A stretch of 64,000 bases of DNA from Thalia democratica (Eukaryota): positions 30,690,001 to 30,754,000 of the forward strand of contig OZ241826.1 in NCBI GenBank assembly GCA_965202585.1. Direction: 5' to 3'. Shown in pieces: positions 36,648-49,963 of the stretch. The number at the start of each line of letters is the position of its first letter. Positions within the stretch are counted from its first letter, which is position 1. A program made the translations under genes and the position numbers. Below the pieces are notes generated by a model. The model worked only from the letters and a program-made list of their open reading frames with translations. It made no database searches and was not told the DNA's origin.

Positions 36648-39600
36648 GTTATGTATGTGTTTTAGCTTTGGTTTATTTTCTGAAAATAATTATTGTGTTA
36701 ACTAAGTTATATAATAAAAAAATTAATAATCAATGTATAATTTATTTTTATATTCGAATTTTTTTGCTTATATAATTTTTTTAGTTGTGTTAGAAATGTA
36801 ACACACATTGTTCATAACACGATTTTAATAAAATATATTTTAGTCCATAACTTCAACTTATAATTATCTGGTTTTGTTTCTTATGAAATATGTTTTTATC
36901 TGATTTAGGTCAATAACTTCTATAAATATAAATCTTTGTTAAATACATCTTTAAACTAAGTTAATAACATTGAAAACGTAATTTGTATAACTTTGAAACA
37001 TATATATTCAACAAAATAATGTTTATAAGGCTTATAGCGGTAGTTATTAAGTTAAATTAGTTTATATGAGACGTTTTGAAATCAGCTTGGAAGAAAATTA
37101 ATAAACATGTATTTAAACAAAATTTAGAATATTTAGGTTTTATCGATTTTAAAATATACATTTTGACACACAAGTGTCTTTGTACTTATATTGTTAAACC
37201 ACCTTCAACACCAGTCTTTGTGTAACTGTAAGCTTTTAAATGTTGCTTGAAGTTTATTTTAAGCATCCTCCATTTTCACGTAAATAACAAAGCATATTGT
37301 TTTGAATAAAACTATCTATATAGCTTTAAAATATCAAGCTTATTTTTTGCTAAAAATATTACATGTAAATTTTACATTTATAATCAGGATGTGGTAATCA
37401 GATTTTTAACAACAAACTACTCGATAATTATTTAAAAACAACTACCCGAAATAATAGCCAGAAGACTAACAAAACTATTTAACAATTATAATTTTTTTAA
37501 ATGTAAAAAAGGGTTACTAAACAGCATTAATTTCAGCCCATCACAAAGATATCTTAAACATCGATAAGTCAACTCTATCAAAAATAAAAAAAAAAACAAA
37601 AAAAAAGGTATAAAATTTTTAAACCCACCGTATAGTCTAAACCAGGGGTCGGCAGGTAGTTGGTGCTCGCGGGCCAAATTTTCAAGTTTTAAAATCTTCG
37701 CGGGCCGCAGTTTTAGTTTTAGTGAAATTTGAATAATCTATTTGTTTTAGTCGCAGAAAAATAAATAAGTTTTAATTTTATTTACTTTATGAGTTTAAAT
37801 GACTCTTAGCTACAAATAGATGGCCTCTTAAAAATGTATATATTTTTATGACTTAAACTTACAATAGATAATGTACTTAAATTTTGAAAAAATTTCTATT
37901 TTCAATACACTTAGTAATTTTATTTTGACAGCTTTAAATCGAATTACCTCTTAATTTTCAATGAAAACTAAGTTTAAAAAACATTTATGAGTCATTTATA
38001 TATTTATTGTGTAAACAACCATTTATTCAAAAACTATTAAAAATATTAGTTATTAAAAATAATCTTGACAAACTAAACAACTTGCTTTTATTGAAAATTT
38101 CAGAAATATTTTAACTAATTATTAAAACAAATTCATTTCCGTCTTTATTATGAAAATAAAAACAAGTTTTCAATATAAATAATGCTTAAATACGCTAGTA
38201 ATTACTTATTAATAACTAATAAAGTCTTATACATGGTTGCCATTAAAAATGCCTGACTTACATCAAACCAGCCTAAGTTTATTAAAATTTAAAAAAGCCA
38301 AAAACTTAAAGACTTACTATTAACCAAGCTTAAATACCTAAAATACAATCTTCACAAAAAATTACTATAAATGTAGCTGGAGTTCTGGACTATAAAAATT
38401 ATAATTTATAAACTACAATTTTGAAAAATAATTTATTTATACGAATATTTATTCAAAGTAGTATAAATAGAAATTTCTAAAATACTTAGATTTTTTAAAG
38501 TGACTAAAAATTTACGAAATAAAATAATAACGAAGTTTGGTAAGTATAACAGCAAAGACAAAAAAGTGTAGTTATCATAAGTTGACTTTGAAAAGAGAGA
38601 TAAATTTATAAAATTATTTTTATTAAAGTATAAAAAACTATTAAGTCATTAATAAAAAAATTAAAATATTGAGCTTTATGGCAATTCTTTTAAAAAAGAA
38701 TAAGTTTAAACTATCTTAACTAACAGTATACAAACTTAATAAATTTAACATACCTAAATGAAGTATACATTAAGATGTTAACTCATAAAATGTGCATCTG
38801 TGTATGATAGTGTGCAATATGTAGGAATTAAATTAGTTTGTAAAAAAACATTATTAAAAACGAATAGAAAATGTATAGTATATTTATATAAAATAGAAGC
38901 AGGGGCGTGTTTTGACTAGTTTCCTGTTTCCTGTGAACCCCATGAAAAAAAAGAAAAATGAAAAAAAGATTCTTAGAATATCACTAAAAACGTTGTTTAT
39001 TGACTTTGTTTTAGTTAATTTGATAAACTTTGAATAATGAAAGTTGAATTTATAACACTGAAAGATAAAAAAGTTTCCTTAACAAAAAATGCTCTTTTTT
39101 GCCCAGCTGAAATGGATTTTAAATAAAATTTCAATGGTGACGTCATAATAAGTAAAAGTTTTAAAGTAGCATTTTCTTTCAAGGAAACTTTTTACTAAGA
39201 TGCTCTTAGTTCTAACTATAAATTGTTACTTGGTGTAAATAACTTTTTATACAGTATTATTTTTGAACTAGTAAGTTCAATTTTACTTAAAAAATGTCCA
39301 ATATAATCACTTAAATTTTATTTTATTTACTTGGTTGTATATAATAATGTGTGTGAAGCTTTTGTACTTTAAAATTTATATTTTTTGTTTATGTGTCAAC
39401 CAACTGGGTTAAAACCTTGAAAAGTTTAATTTAGAGAGTTTTCAAAATTAACTTTAGACCAATACACCACCTACCAATTTATTCTTTTATCATTTTATGG
39501 TATTTTAATATTTTTTTATTTAATTTGTTTTATTTTTGTATATCTGTTAGCCACAAATTTTGTTCTTGATTTTTTGAAATTTTTAACTCATAGACATTTC

Positions 39601-39692
39601 GAAATCATTATCAGAATTCCTGCACCACCAGGCAAACTTTTAATATAATTTAAATATTTCTTAATTTAGTTGTAAAAGTCTAAACATTTTTT

Positions 39693-40110
39693 GGTAATTA
39701 CCTAGGATGATGTCGCACCAATATCAAGCTGAAATTATAATGTGTTTAATATCTTTTTGAACCATAATTTTTGGCTTAAAATCAATATTTTAAGCCTTGT
39801 ATGTTTGATCTAAAATTATACTTTGTTTTAAACAAGCTATTTATATACATAGTTAGAATTAAATTCATTTGTTATAAACTAATATACTTAACAGATTTTA
39901 TTTTACAGTATAGTAATGTATATAAGTTCGTATCATTTGCTTTGTTTTAAATTAAAAAGGAAGTAAGTTTTTTGTTGGTTTATAATAAATAAGTTTTATT
40001 TATGTATTTAAAAAATATAAGTTTTAAGCTTATAATTATAGTAAAAAACAACATTGAACTTAATATAATTTAGCTTGATATTTGTGCGACATCATCCTAT
40101 GTAATTAACC
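39693..40110. mobile_element. Long-TIR MITE nested in 38900-40811
   Basis: About 35-bp inverted repeats AATTACCTAGGATGATGTCGCACCAATATCAAGCT (2 mismatches); absent from the sister copy at 51185-52347; TSD unclear. Confidence 0.8.
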
Positions 40111-40219
40111 ATTATTTTTAGTGAAATTTAAATTTTTATAGATTAAATTATTTGAAAAAATATTTTATTATAGATATATTTTTTCTGGCTCTTTTAGTTT
40201 TAATTTATCTAAATATACA

Positions 40220-40590
40220 CAGGGTTGCCACTTTACCTGGAAACCTGGAAAAACCTTGAAAAACCTAGAATTCGAAAATTTGTGCAAAAATAACTTGGAA
40301 AAACCTGGAATTTTGATCAAAAAACCTTGAATTTTTAATAATTTTAACATTTTCAGTACTAAAATTTCATTTTGGCACAAAAAAATCTATCATAAAATAA
40401 GATTTTTTAGTCATCATCAAAAAAAAATTTTTGTTTAAACACTTTTGAATGTTTTTGTACTATTTAACACAGTTTCTTTTGTAGAAATTAACTTAAAACT
40501 AAAAATAGACCCAAAAATGTTCACTTTTCAAAACCTGGAAGAAATTTTGAAAACCTGGAAAAAATTTGGAAAAAACGAGTGGCAACCCTG
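40220..40590. mobile_element. hAT-type MITE (CAGGGTTGCCAC family) nested in 38900-40811
   Basis: Perfect 12-bp TIRs CAGGGTTGCCAC / GTGGCAACCCTG, AAACCTGGAA subterminal repeats; empty site in the sister copy near 52135. Confidence 0.9.
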
Positions 40591-43500
40591 AATACAGTAT
40601 AATAAGTAAAAATATATAATATTTTCCCATTACTACTTATATGTTTTTTCTTATTTATAAACAGAAAAAAGCATTTTAAACACACACTTTTTCGGCTAAA
40701 TATTGCGTACTTGGCTAGCAGTGCATACCTTAGAAATGCGTAGTTAAACGGGGAATTAAGAACTATAAAAGATTATGAACTCTCTTTGAAAAAAGTCTAG
40801 ACACGCCCTTGAATAGAAGTTATACAATCATAAAACTAAAATTTATTAATTTTTTTACATTTAAAGTTCTTAGAAAAAACATTTATGAGATCATAAATAA
40901 AAAGTATATATATTTTTAAAAAAATACGTATGTTAGTCTTATTAAAATCTACAAGTCGTTTTATCTTTTTTGCAAAAATGTTAAATAGTTTTTTAGATAT
41001 TTAAAAACTACTAAGAATTACTATATTCTGAAACTTGTTTTGGCTAGATCTAAAAAAAGTAATTTAATACTTTGAAAAATGAATAAATAGCCTGTATATA
41101 TTAAAGAGACCTACATACGTTTTATTTTTATTTTATTTTTATATAAATTAATTTTTGATTTAAAATTTTCTTTATAATTTTAAGTTGTTGGAATTTTAAT
41201 TATTCTAACTTAAATAGCACCCAAAATGTAACACTTCACAAACTATTTTTTCTTTAACTTATATCTTATATTATTTTCAATGTGTCTGCATACAATTAAA
41301 CATTTTATGGAGAAAAAAAATATAATAGAAAATTGTGCTTAAATTACACTTAATCTAACTTAAGTATTACTATATGGTTAATTTAAGTCAAAAAACTGTT
41401 CTGAGCTACCTTAAAATGTCCTAAGTCATCTGTATTTGGTTTTTAATTCTAAAAAACAACTATTTCACAATAGCAATAAAATAAGGTTGTTAAATTATTG
41501 GTTTGAGAAATAAAATCGAGAAACCAACTGGTCTGAGATATTTTTAAATCTTAAAATTGTCCTGAGCATTTAAAAAAAAAAACTTGCCTAGTCATCCTAA
41601 GTTTTTAGATATTCTTAATATCCTATTTCATCCTGATATTTTCAGAAGTTTTAAAATATCCTGAGCTTTTTGGTAGTGTGGTAGCCCTGGTATTAGTTAA
41701 AATTATTTTCATTTATGAGTATCACAGTAGATACACTAATGTGCATATAAATTGACTTAACACTGAAATTTTAATTTTAAAAGTCGAGGATGTATTCTAT
41801 AGAAAAAAATGTGTTACCTTATGTCATATGTTTACTTTTTTTGTAAAGATTATGTGCACAATTAATTATAGTAAGCATATATGTACATTAGTGGTTACGT
41901 AAAAAAAGAAAAAAATGTTCTATGAACCCGAAAATGTTCTATGTTTATATTGTTTAATTTTCTTTTCATTTTACTGAATTATGTCTGTAAAGATTTAGAT
42001 AAACATAAAAGTGAATAAAGAATTATAATTGATAACTGTGCTTGTTAACTTCACATTCAAACTAAATTAATTAAACGTTAAAAACGTGAAAGTGAGCATC
42101 TGTGTACATTGATACGCATATAAATTAATTTAAAGTTCACAATAAATTTTAAAAGTGAAAGTAGGTTCTGGAAAATAACTTTTTAATCGTATATTATTTT
42201 CTATGTTTGTTTGAACACATTTTAATACAATTAAAGTGAAAAAATAATTGTAATAGAGATAATTTAGGCAAAGATAAAACTTAACTAAATTTTAGTATTA
42301 GTAAAAAAAGATTCAAAAAATGAGCGTTTATGGTGTGCATATGACTGAATTTAAAGTGCGCAGAAATCAAAAAGTGTCAAAACCAAAAGAAAACTTCTAC
42401 CTTATGTCTTATTAATATGTTTTTTCAAAAGTTTTTCTGTACACTGAGATTAAAATATGGTGATAAAACGTCTATAAGAGAAACTTAGGTACAGATTACA
42501 TGTTTAGAAAATAATTAAGTTGTAAATAAATGATATAATTACTATGTATTGCTTTTTTACACAATTGAATACATTAGCACTAAGTTTATCTATTTGTTAA
42601 GTATAAAATTTTTTTTTAGTTAGCCAGTTGCTATTGTAAGAAGTAAGTAATTATCTAAACAGAGAAAAAAAATTCTAGAAAGCTAAGCTGTCTTTTTCAC
42701 ATTTTTAAGCCTAAGCAATCTAAATATTGATGATTTTAGAATGTTATACACGGACTTAAAACTCAATTAATCAAATTACAACAAATCACCAAAAAAAATC
42801 AACACAAATATATTTTTATCGGCGGGCCACATTTACATGCTCGCGGGCCGCAGATTTTTCTTTCGCGGTCCGCATTCCATTCAAAAAAACTGTACTCGCG
42901 GGCCGCAGATTTAACCTTACGAGAGCCGCAGTTGGCCCGCGGGCCGCAGATTGCCGAACCCTGGTCTAAACATAAGTTTTAAAATAGACAAACAATTTTT
43001 AACCTCATTACCACACACTTTGATTAAAATTATCCATATTATAAAATATTCAATCGAAACACAATTAAAATATTATACAGTTGTAAAAGTAATTTTAGAA
43101 TCAAATATAAGCACACAACAACGTTATAAACGATAAAAGCAACACAAAAGATAAATTTTGCAACTACCGCAAAGAGCCTTGCCCTTTAAACAATTAATGC
43201 CTATTTTCAAACATAATATGTAGAGCAACAATAAAATCCGACAAAACAACCAAACAGTACTTAGGATCTACAGGAAATATTACAAACAAAGGTATAACAG
43301 TCACAAAACTTCATTCAACTACATTAAAAAAAGACATACAACAGAACAATCAAACTATATTTGGAAGTTAAAAGATAACAATACAGACTGTAAACCTAAA
43401 TAAAAATTGTAAACAGGACAAATCTAAATTCAATACTAAATTCTGTTGCAAACTTTGCAACTTAGAAAAAATAAAAATAGATAAATTAAACAAGTACATA

Positions 43501-44229
43501 AGACTAACCAAAAAATGCGAAAAACGAAACATATGCATTCATTATAAAAAACATTTTTAGCAAAACTAAAACTAACTAAATATTAAATCAAAGCAAATAT
43601 AAGCCGCGAACAGGAATAGTTTAAAAACTTTTTTAATACAGTTTAAAACATTTGTCTGTTACAACCGTTGATAAATTTCAAAATGCATAAATTTTTCAAC
43701 TAACAAGATCAGCGTATTTTTTCAAATTTAACTTACTGTACAAAAACTTTCATTGTTGCTACGTCACATTAGTAATAAAGTTTTCAAATTCTAAGTTTCT
43801 GTTAAACATTGTAAATAAACTTTAGCTTTACTGATGAGTATATGTGGTAGTATATCTCATATACGAAGCGGTCGTAAAGAACTATTTTTTATATAATCAA
43901 ATAAATATATAAATATGTACACATATGTACATATATTACAGCTTTGATTCGAAAGTTTTTAAATTATCAACATTAAATACTTGAAATATAATAGTAAACA
44001 GTTAAAGTTGTAAAACAGCTTTACGCACAAAATTTTTAACAAATAAATTCTCAAACAGTAAAGAATTACTTTAATTCATAATAATACTTTATTCAGCAAT
44101 AAAAACAAAACATTCTAAAAAAAAATTAGTCATTTAGGCAAGCGCAATATGTTTCGAGGCTTTAACGTCAAAGATAATTTGCTTTTGACTTGCTTACGAG
44201 CGTGCGCGGAAAGTTACTGTAAAAATATT

Positions 44230-45665
44230 TTACCAAGTGTTCTTGCAACCAAACGGTGCAGGAACTTCTACGAACGCGTACTTCGAGAAAGTGGTGGCTG
44301 TTACGTCACAACTTTCAACCGACCAATCGCGTGCTTCCACGTCGTAAATCGCCTTTTTCTGGCAGCATTTTAAAAATACAACCAATTGGCTTCCCCGAAT
44401 CGAAACGGCGCACGCGCGCCGACCGAGGTCAACTTTCACGGGCGGCGTTCTCAGAAACACGAAGTGGTCGCAGATGGAGTCGAAGAGCTCGCAGGTCGCG
44501 GGCCCGCCGCCGAACACGAATAACTTGTTTCCGATCGTAGCTAGCTGACAGTCCGTTCTTTGCTCGATCATTCTCGGCATGAAAGTCCACTCGTCGGCTG
44601 CGCTGTCGTACGCTTCCACGCTCGACAAAATCCTCCTGTTTTGGATGTTGCCCTGATCCTGCAATCCGCCGCACACCACAACCTTGCCTCTAAAAACCGC
44701 GCTTCCCGCTTGCGCTCTCGACTCCTGCAGCCTACCGACTTCCTTTAACCCGTACCTTTTCGCATCAAACCTGACGCAGCGAGCCTCTGTAAAATTTTCA
44801 AACATGTCACACCACCAGCCGCCGATTACGTAGATGTGGCCCATGAAGGCGCACAAGCCGAAGTAGTCCGCAAATAGGTCCAGGTCAGGCAGGTCTTGCC
44901 ACTCTTGTTCGCCAAGCGGCAATTTTTTAACCTGGATGTTCTGCGTGTTGTTTTCACTGCCGCCGAAAACGTAAATACAGCCGTCCACGCACGCCGAAGC
45001 CCAGAACTCCCGGTATTGAGGAAACTCCAAATCTGCGCATTTCTTCACCGAGCCATTTCTCCCGTAAATTCGCTGCACGGACTGGGTCATGCTGCATATG
45101 TTCCTGCCGCCGACGACCACTAGGTCCAAGTCGTCGCAGCGCCTCGGCTTAATATCCTTGTTTCGGGTTTTCCCCTTCAAGACGTCGTCGATCAGCGAGC
45201 TGCAAGTTTCGCATCTCCGAAACGCCAAAGACTCATTTAAAAATTGATCCAGTTCGCGATTGGAAAGCAGAGGAAGACGGACTTTCACGAGGAGGCGTGT
45301 TGAATACTTGCGCCTCTCCGCGCCTCCGAAGCTCACCCAGCGGTCGGCGACGCGAAGCACCTCCATCTCCGACGTGACTTTCAGCTTTGAACTGGACAAA
45401 ATTGCGCTCAACAGCGCGAAATCGAGATGCAGGAAATTTTGGCTTCCGGCAACTGCGACGAAGAAGCGCTCAATGCAGCGCAATGTCGCATTTGAAAATG
45501 AGGGCATGCCGAATGTTTTCGCCACCTTGTGGTAAGTCGCCACGTTTTCGAGGTTCATTTTGTCGCTCATGAGCTCGACGATGTCTCGTTTCACGCTTTC
45601 GTCTAAAATGAAATGTTCGGGATCGAAAGGATGAAACGTTTTACTCCGGTCGTTTCTCGTTGTTC
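44230..45665 (-). CDS. Kelch-like protein: BACK domain plus about 6 Kelch blades (large exon; upstream exon not located)
   Basis: Acceptor TTTTCACAG at 45666, 1436-nt open exon. BACK motifs (FLHLDFALLSAILSSSKL.V.SEMEV...W, VRLPLL) and Kelch GG motifs (VVVGG, IYVFGG, IYVIGG, VVCGG, LFVFGG) with VEAYD...W. Markedly GC-rich versus flanks. Confidence 0.9.
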
Positions 45666-45919
45666 CTGTGAAAATGTTTTAAAAAAGATTATTTGCAGCT
45701 GTACGCTATAGTTTTAAGCCAAACTTAGTCGTTGTTAAGCTTGGTAAGAGTTTTTCTGAATAAATATTTGTTGAGCCATTTAACAAAAGAAAAAGTTACA
45801 AAAACAAGTTACGCGAAAAAAAAAAAAAACATTAAAAATGCTACCAAAAAAAATCGATTTAAAGTCTAAATGCTGTTTTTTGTAGTTTTTTTTTGTAAAC
45901 AAACAAAAAAAAAGAGTTA

Positions 45920-48198
45920 CGGCCTCAAAGAAATGCACTTTGTTTGTAACCTTTATTTAGATATAAATGCATGTATGAAAACAAAAATATACATGCAAAA
46001 AACATTTTTAACTTTTTGACTAAACTTTAATGAAATGTTATAACAATTATAAATTATAAAGTTAGTAGATTTTAAATCGATTAATTTTATCTATTCAGTG
46101 AACTTTTATAAAATTTTTATTCTTAAGTTATAATTACAGAAGAAAAGAAATTTAACTCGTACTTATGTACTAATAGTTTTGAAGTTAAGATTTTTAAAAT
46201 TTGTCTATATTATATGTTTATTAAACGAAAAAAACAAGCGCTAAAATATATGGTCCAAGGACCTGGTGTATAAAAAAGCTATTCGGCTATCGAGTCATAC
46301 ACCAGGATACATTTTAAAGTCATGTCCAGGACAAAACTTATAATAATAATACTTTATAATTCTTTATATAACTTATTAACATCTACACCAGGGTTTCCCA
46401 AAGTAGGTTATATGGCCCCCTTGGGGTCAAAGAGAGGTCGTGACTAGTAAAGAGGATACAGAAGCATTCAAGGCCAAAATTTGAAACTTACATTAAACAT
46501 TCTTGATTTGTCGATAAAGAGCAAAAAAAAAGTCATTAGCGTATAGAAGGAGGCCATAGCATTTTTTATTTTTTCAGAGGAGACATTTTAAAAATAGTTT
46601 GGGAAACCGTGGTCTATATATTGATACCATAAAACTGCTTCTATATTCTAAACATACTTTGTTCGTAATTTTTTTTAGTTAAAAATATATTTTATTAAAA
46701 ATAATATTATTAAAGAGATGTGTTCAGGTAAACTAGAGTACAAATAATTTTATTTAAACTATATACTTGCATTTTGTTTAAAACAAACTTTTTAATAGTT
46801 TATAAGCTGTTCATTTTTTACATAATTAAAACTAAAAACTAGTCATAAGGGGTTTAAAATATAATTTTTGCAAACATTTTTTGCGTGTTTTTTTTTTAAA
46901 GCCAAGTTTAAACTGTATAATAATTAAACTATGTACATTAAAATTTATTATGCAGTTCAAAGTAAATTTAAATGCTCAATACAAAACTTTAAATATCGTT
47001 CAGTGTAGTCTTATTTGATAATTAAACAGAATAACATATTTTATTATATTCATTTAGTTTATTGTAGGTTATAAAGTAGATTTATTTACCTACACTCATA
47101 TAAAAATATCATTAAGATTTACTTAGCTAAGTTTGTGAATCCCATGCTTTATCATAAAATCAAGCTGTGTGTCGGTTATCTTTAGTATATATAACAAACC
47201 AACGTTTATTCGAAAAATTCTTTTTTTAAGCATAAAAAATATAAACTATCTAACAAAATTTTCTAAATTTACAACTTTCTGTATATCACTTAAATGATAT
47301 TGTTGAGCCTTACATGCATTCTTTCGTTTTTTTGGTACTAAAAGTTTTAAGTTATTATTAACGCTTTTAGGTTATCTAACATCTACACAATTCGAAAAAT
47401 CATTAAAAGAAACGTTTTTATCTTTGCTGTCAACTATTACAATTCCCCGAGTAAATAGTTTAACTGTGCTTACTAAACTAACAAAATGGTTCGGCTCTTA
47501 ATACTTGTTTGTGGCAAAAGTTATTGAAGACTATTTGATAATAATACAGATTTCGTTAAAAACAGTTTTACAATTAAAAATTGCATTTAGTAGCTTTGTT
47601 TTTGCACTACACACAATATGTACAAATCAAATAAATCTAATTTAATTACTTTATAGTTAAAATTTAACTTTAAAGTAAGAGCAAGTATAAACTTTAAACT
47701 ATTTTTAATTATAGTTTAAAAGCTTACTGGGTTTTTGTTTATAAACAGAATGCGAGTAGACTCTTTAAGTTTAGTTTGAACTTAAATTAATAATTTTTAC
47801 TCGTTTTTACATACCTAAACGCATCCCTTTAATAACTCTATTAGTTTATCAAATGTGTTTTGAATTAGAAAATCATATTTACTAAATATAATCATAACAT
47901 CGAAAACGTCTATGGTATCATTGTAGGTAATTTTAAAAATTATAGTTTTCAAAACCATAATTTATTAAAAATAAAATTTATTTTCTTCTGTAATCGTAAA
48001 TTAAAAGTAAAATGTTTGTAAAATTATGCATAGTTTAAATAGAATTACACATTTTTTGATCGACCAATTTTATAATTGTTATTACATATTATTAAATGCT
48101 AATAAACCAGGGAAGAAAATTTGTATATTTGTTTATATGCATGTAATTAATTTGTTTACAAATAAAGATCGCAAACAAAGTGCATTTCCTGTAGGCCG
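45920..48198. mobile_element. Degenerate long-TIR non-autonomous element (about 2.3 kb)
   Basis: CGGCCTCAAAGAAATGCACTTTGTTTG at 45920 and its inverted counterpart ending 48198, with patchy similarity extending about 80 bp inward; no TSD recovered. Confidence 0.55.
46389..46611. mobile_element. hAT-type MITE (CAGGGTTTCCCAAA family)
   Basis: TIRs CAGGGTTTCCCAAA / TTTGGGAAACCGTG; flanks ATCTACAC / GTCTATAT. The same left TIR recurs at 56731. Confidence 0.75.
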
Positions 48199-49687
48199 AG
48201 ACGCTTTTCTTAAATGTTTACAAAAATAAGGCTCCAGAAATTAGCAGAAGGACTTTTAATGGATCCATTTTTTAAATTAAAGATATTTGATTTTTGTTTT
48301 CAGCATGACTTATTTTTTAGTGATAATTTTTAGGGATTTTTAATATTCGGTACTTTCAATTGCAGCAATTTTGTAAAATAGCACACAATACTTTGATGAC
48401 GTCATTAAGTTTACTTTAGGTAGTTTTTAAAGCCTAAACTTAGTAAACAAAACATATTTGTTGTCTAGTCCTATGATATATTATTCACTTTGTTTCTTTT
48501 TTCTTATTAAGAATAAAAATAAGCAATAAAATAATACTAAAAATATTATATGTTATTAAAGTAAATTATATATAGTGTTTGAATTATCTGCTCGTTAGTT
48601 CACAAAAGTTCACTTTTTTGTTTAAGTTAGACATTTATATAAAAACGCAATATAAGCTATTAATTTCTTTAACTTTTTTATTTTAATTTTTGGTAGCTTT
48701 AAGTCATAAAATAAATTTAAACTATTAATAAAAAAAATATTAGTTTCAATTCCATTTTATTATTCAGAATAAAGCTAACAGGGTGGTCATTAAATATTAA
48801 TATTATTTGATATATTGTAGTTTTGAAAAAAATCATGATACAAATTAGAATTTTTATCACTTGTGTTTCTTTAAAATAAAATAATACTTGTGTTTTAAAG
48901 ATATCAAAAATTTAGAATACTTCTTTTTTTTTCATAAAACTTTGGTGGTAGCCACATAGAGTTAAGTAAAATTTATTAATTATATAATGTTAGTAGCTTT
49001 TGAATTCATATTTAAGAGAAACATTTTTGTACAAAAATCTTATAACTTTTTTTAACTGAAGTTTTTCTATTGTGTTTAAAGCCATTTGACGTATACAGAT
49101 AAAGTGTACACTTTAATTAAATCTGTATTTTAATGTTATTCTACACTTTGTGGTCTAACCATGTATTAGTTTAACAAAATACTCCTACTATCAGTTTAAC
49201 TATAACCTCTCTCTATTTGTACATCGATATGTTTATAGTTATACAAAAATCATTTTTTGTACATGTGTCGGTACTGATTTTCAACATTAAAAATTTTAAA
49301 TTATAAGCATTTTTAAGCAATCATTTTGACTCATACGGACCTGGCCACTGTTATCTAAAGCAAAAACTTTCAGAACATTTATTGTAACCTATTTTACTAA
49401 ATTGCTGCAATTACACACATAAAAAGTACAACTCGATAACAAATTAACCATTAAAAGTTCCTACCCTCATTATTTCAATTATTTTACAACTATTTTGTGC
49501 AACTTTTACCCTAAATAATTTATGACGTCGTCAAATTTAGAGCATTATTTTTTGGCAAACTTGCTGCAACTATAGACATAAATAAAACATCTTATAAATA
49601 ACCTCATAAAAAATTCACTCCTTTGTTTTACTTTGACTATAGCAGTACATATCAGCAATGCAATTATCAGTAAGCTCGATAATATTT

Positions 49688-49963
49688 TTAGGGAAAATAT
49701 TTATAGAAAAATGAAAATAAATAAAAATGGTAAGTTTTTAAACTAGCGCAACCTGCTTCAAAGACGTTTTTAACATTTTCCGTTTTTTTCTTTGCCAAAA
49801 CTTTTTCAGCAGTACTCTTGCACAATTTCACAAAATTATTGTTTTCAGGCCTTCCAATAGCTTTACCACAGTCGAGTAAATTTCCAGTTCCTTCCACAAA
49901 TGCTTTTTCAAAGTGACCGAGTTCGCATCTTTTTGCTGGTACGTCTTGGTTTTGTTTAGACAT
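49688..49963 (-). CDS. Possible small uncharacterised coding exon or ORF (91 aa)
   Basis: ATG-initiated, protein-like composition and higher GC than flanks; the C-terminal 15 aa look like intron read-through; no recognised domain. Confidence 0.35.
   Translation of the reverse strand: MSKQNQDVPAKRCELGHFEKAFVEGTGNLLDCGKAIGRPENNNFVKLCKSTAEKVLAKKKTENVKNVFEAGCASLKTYHFYLFSFFYKYFP

Larger units (their letters stand above)
38900..40811. mobile_element. Non-autonomous hAT element (CAGGGGCGTGT family) nested in 37643-42963
   Basis: TIRs CAGGGGCGTGT / ACACGCCCTTG, perfect TSD AATAGAAG; colinear with 51185-52347. Confidence 0.9.
37643..42963. mobile_element. 5.3-kb non-autonomous hAT element hosting nested insertions
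   Basis: TIRs CAGGGGTCGGCA / TGCCGAACCCTG, perfect 8-bp TSD GTCTAAAC (37635-37642, 42964-42971), GCGGGCCGC subterminal repeats, no transposase ORF. Confidence 0.9.

Noticed and set aside
44149-45572. Multiple overlapping ORFs and high GC at the Kelch locus as a dual-coding region or horizontal transfer
   Set aside because: High GC lowers stop frequency in other frames; EYA exons 5-6 are similarly GC-rich, and the gene has a normal splice acceptor.
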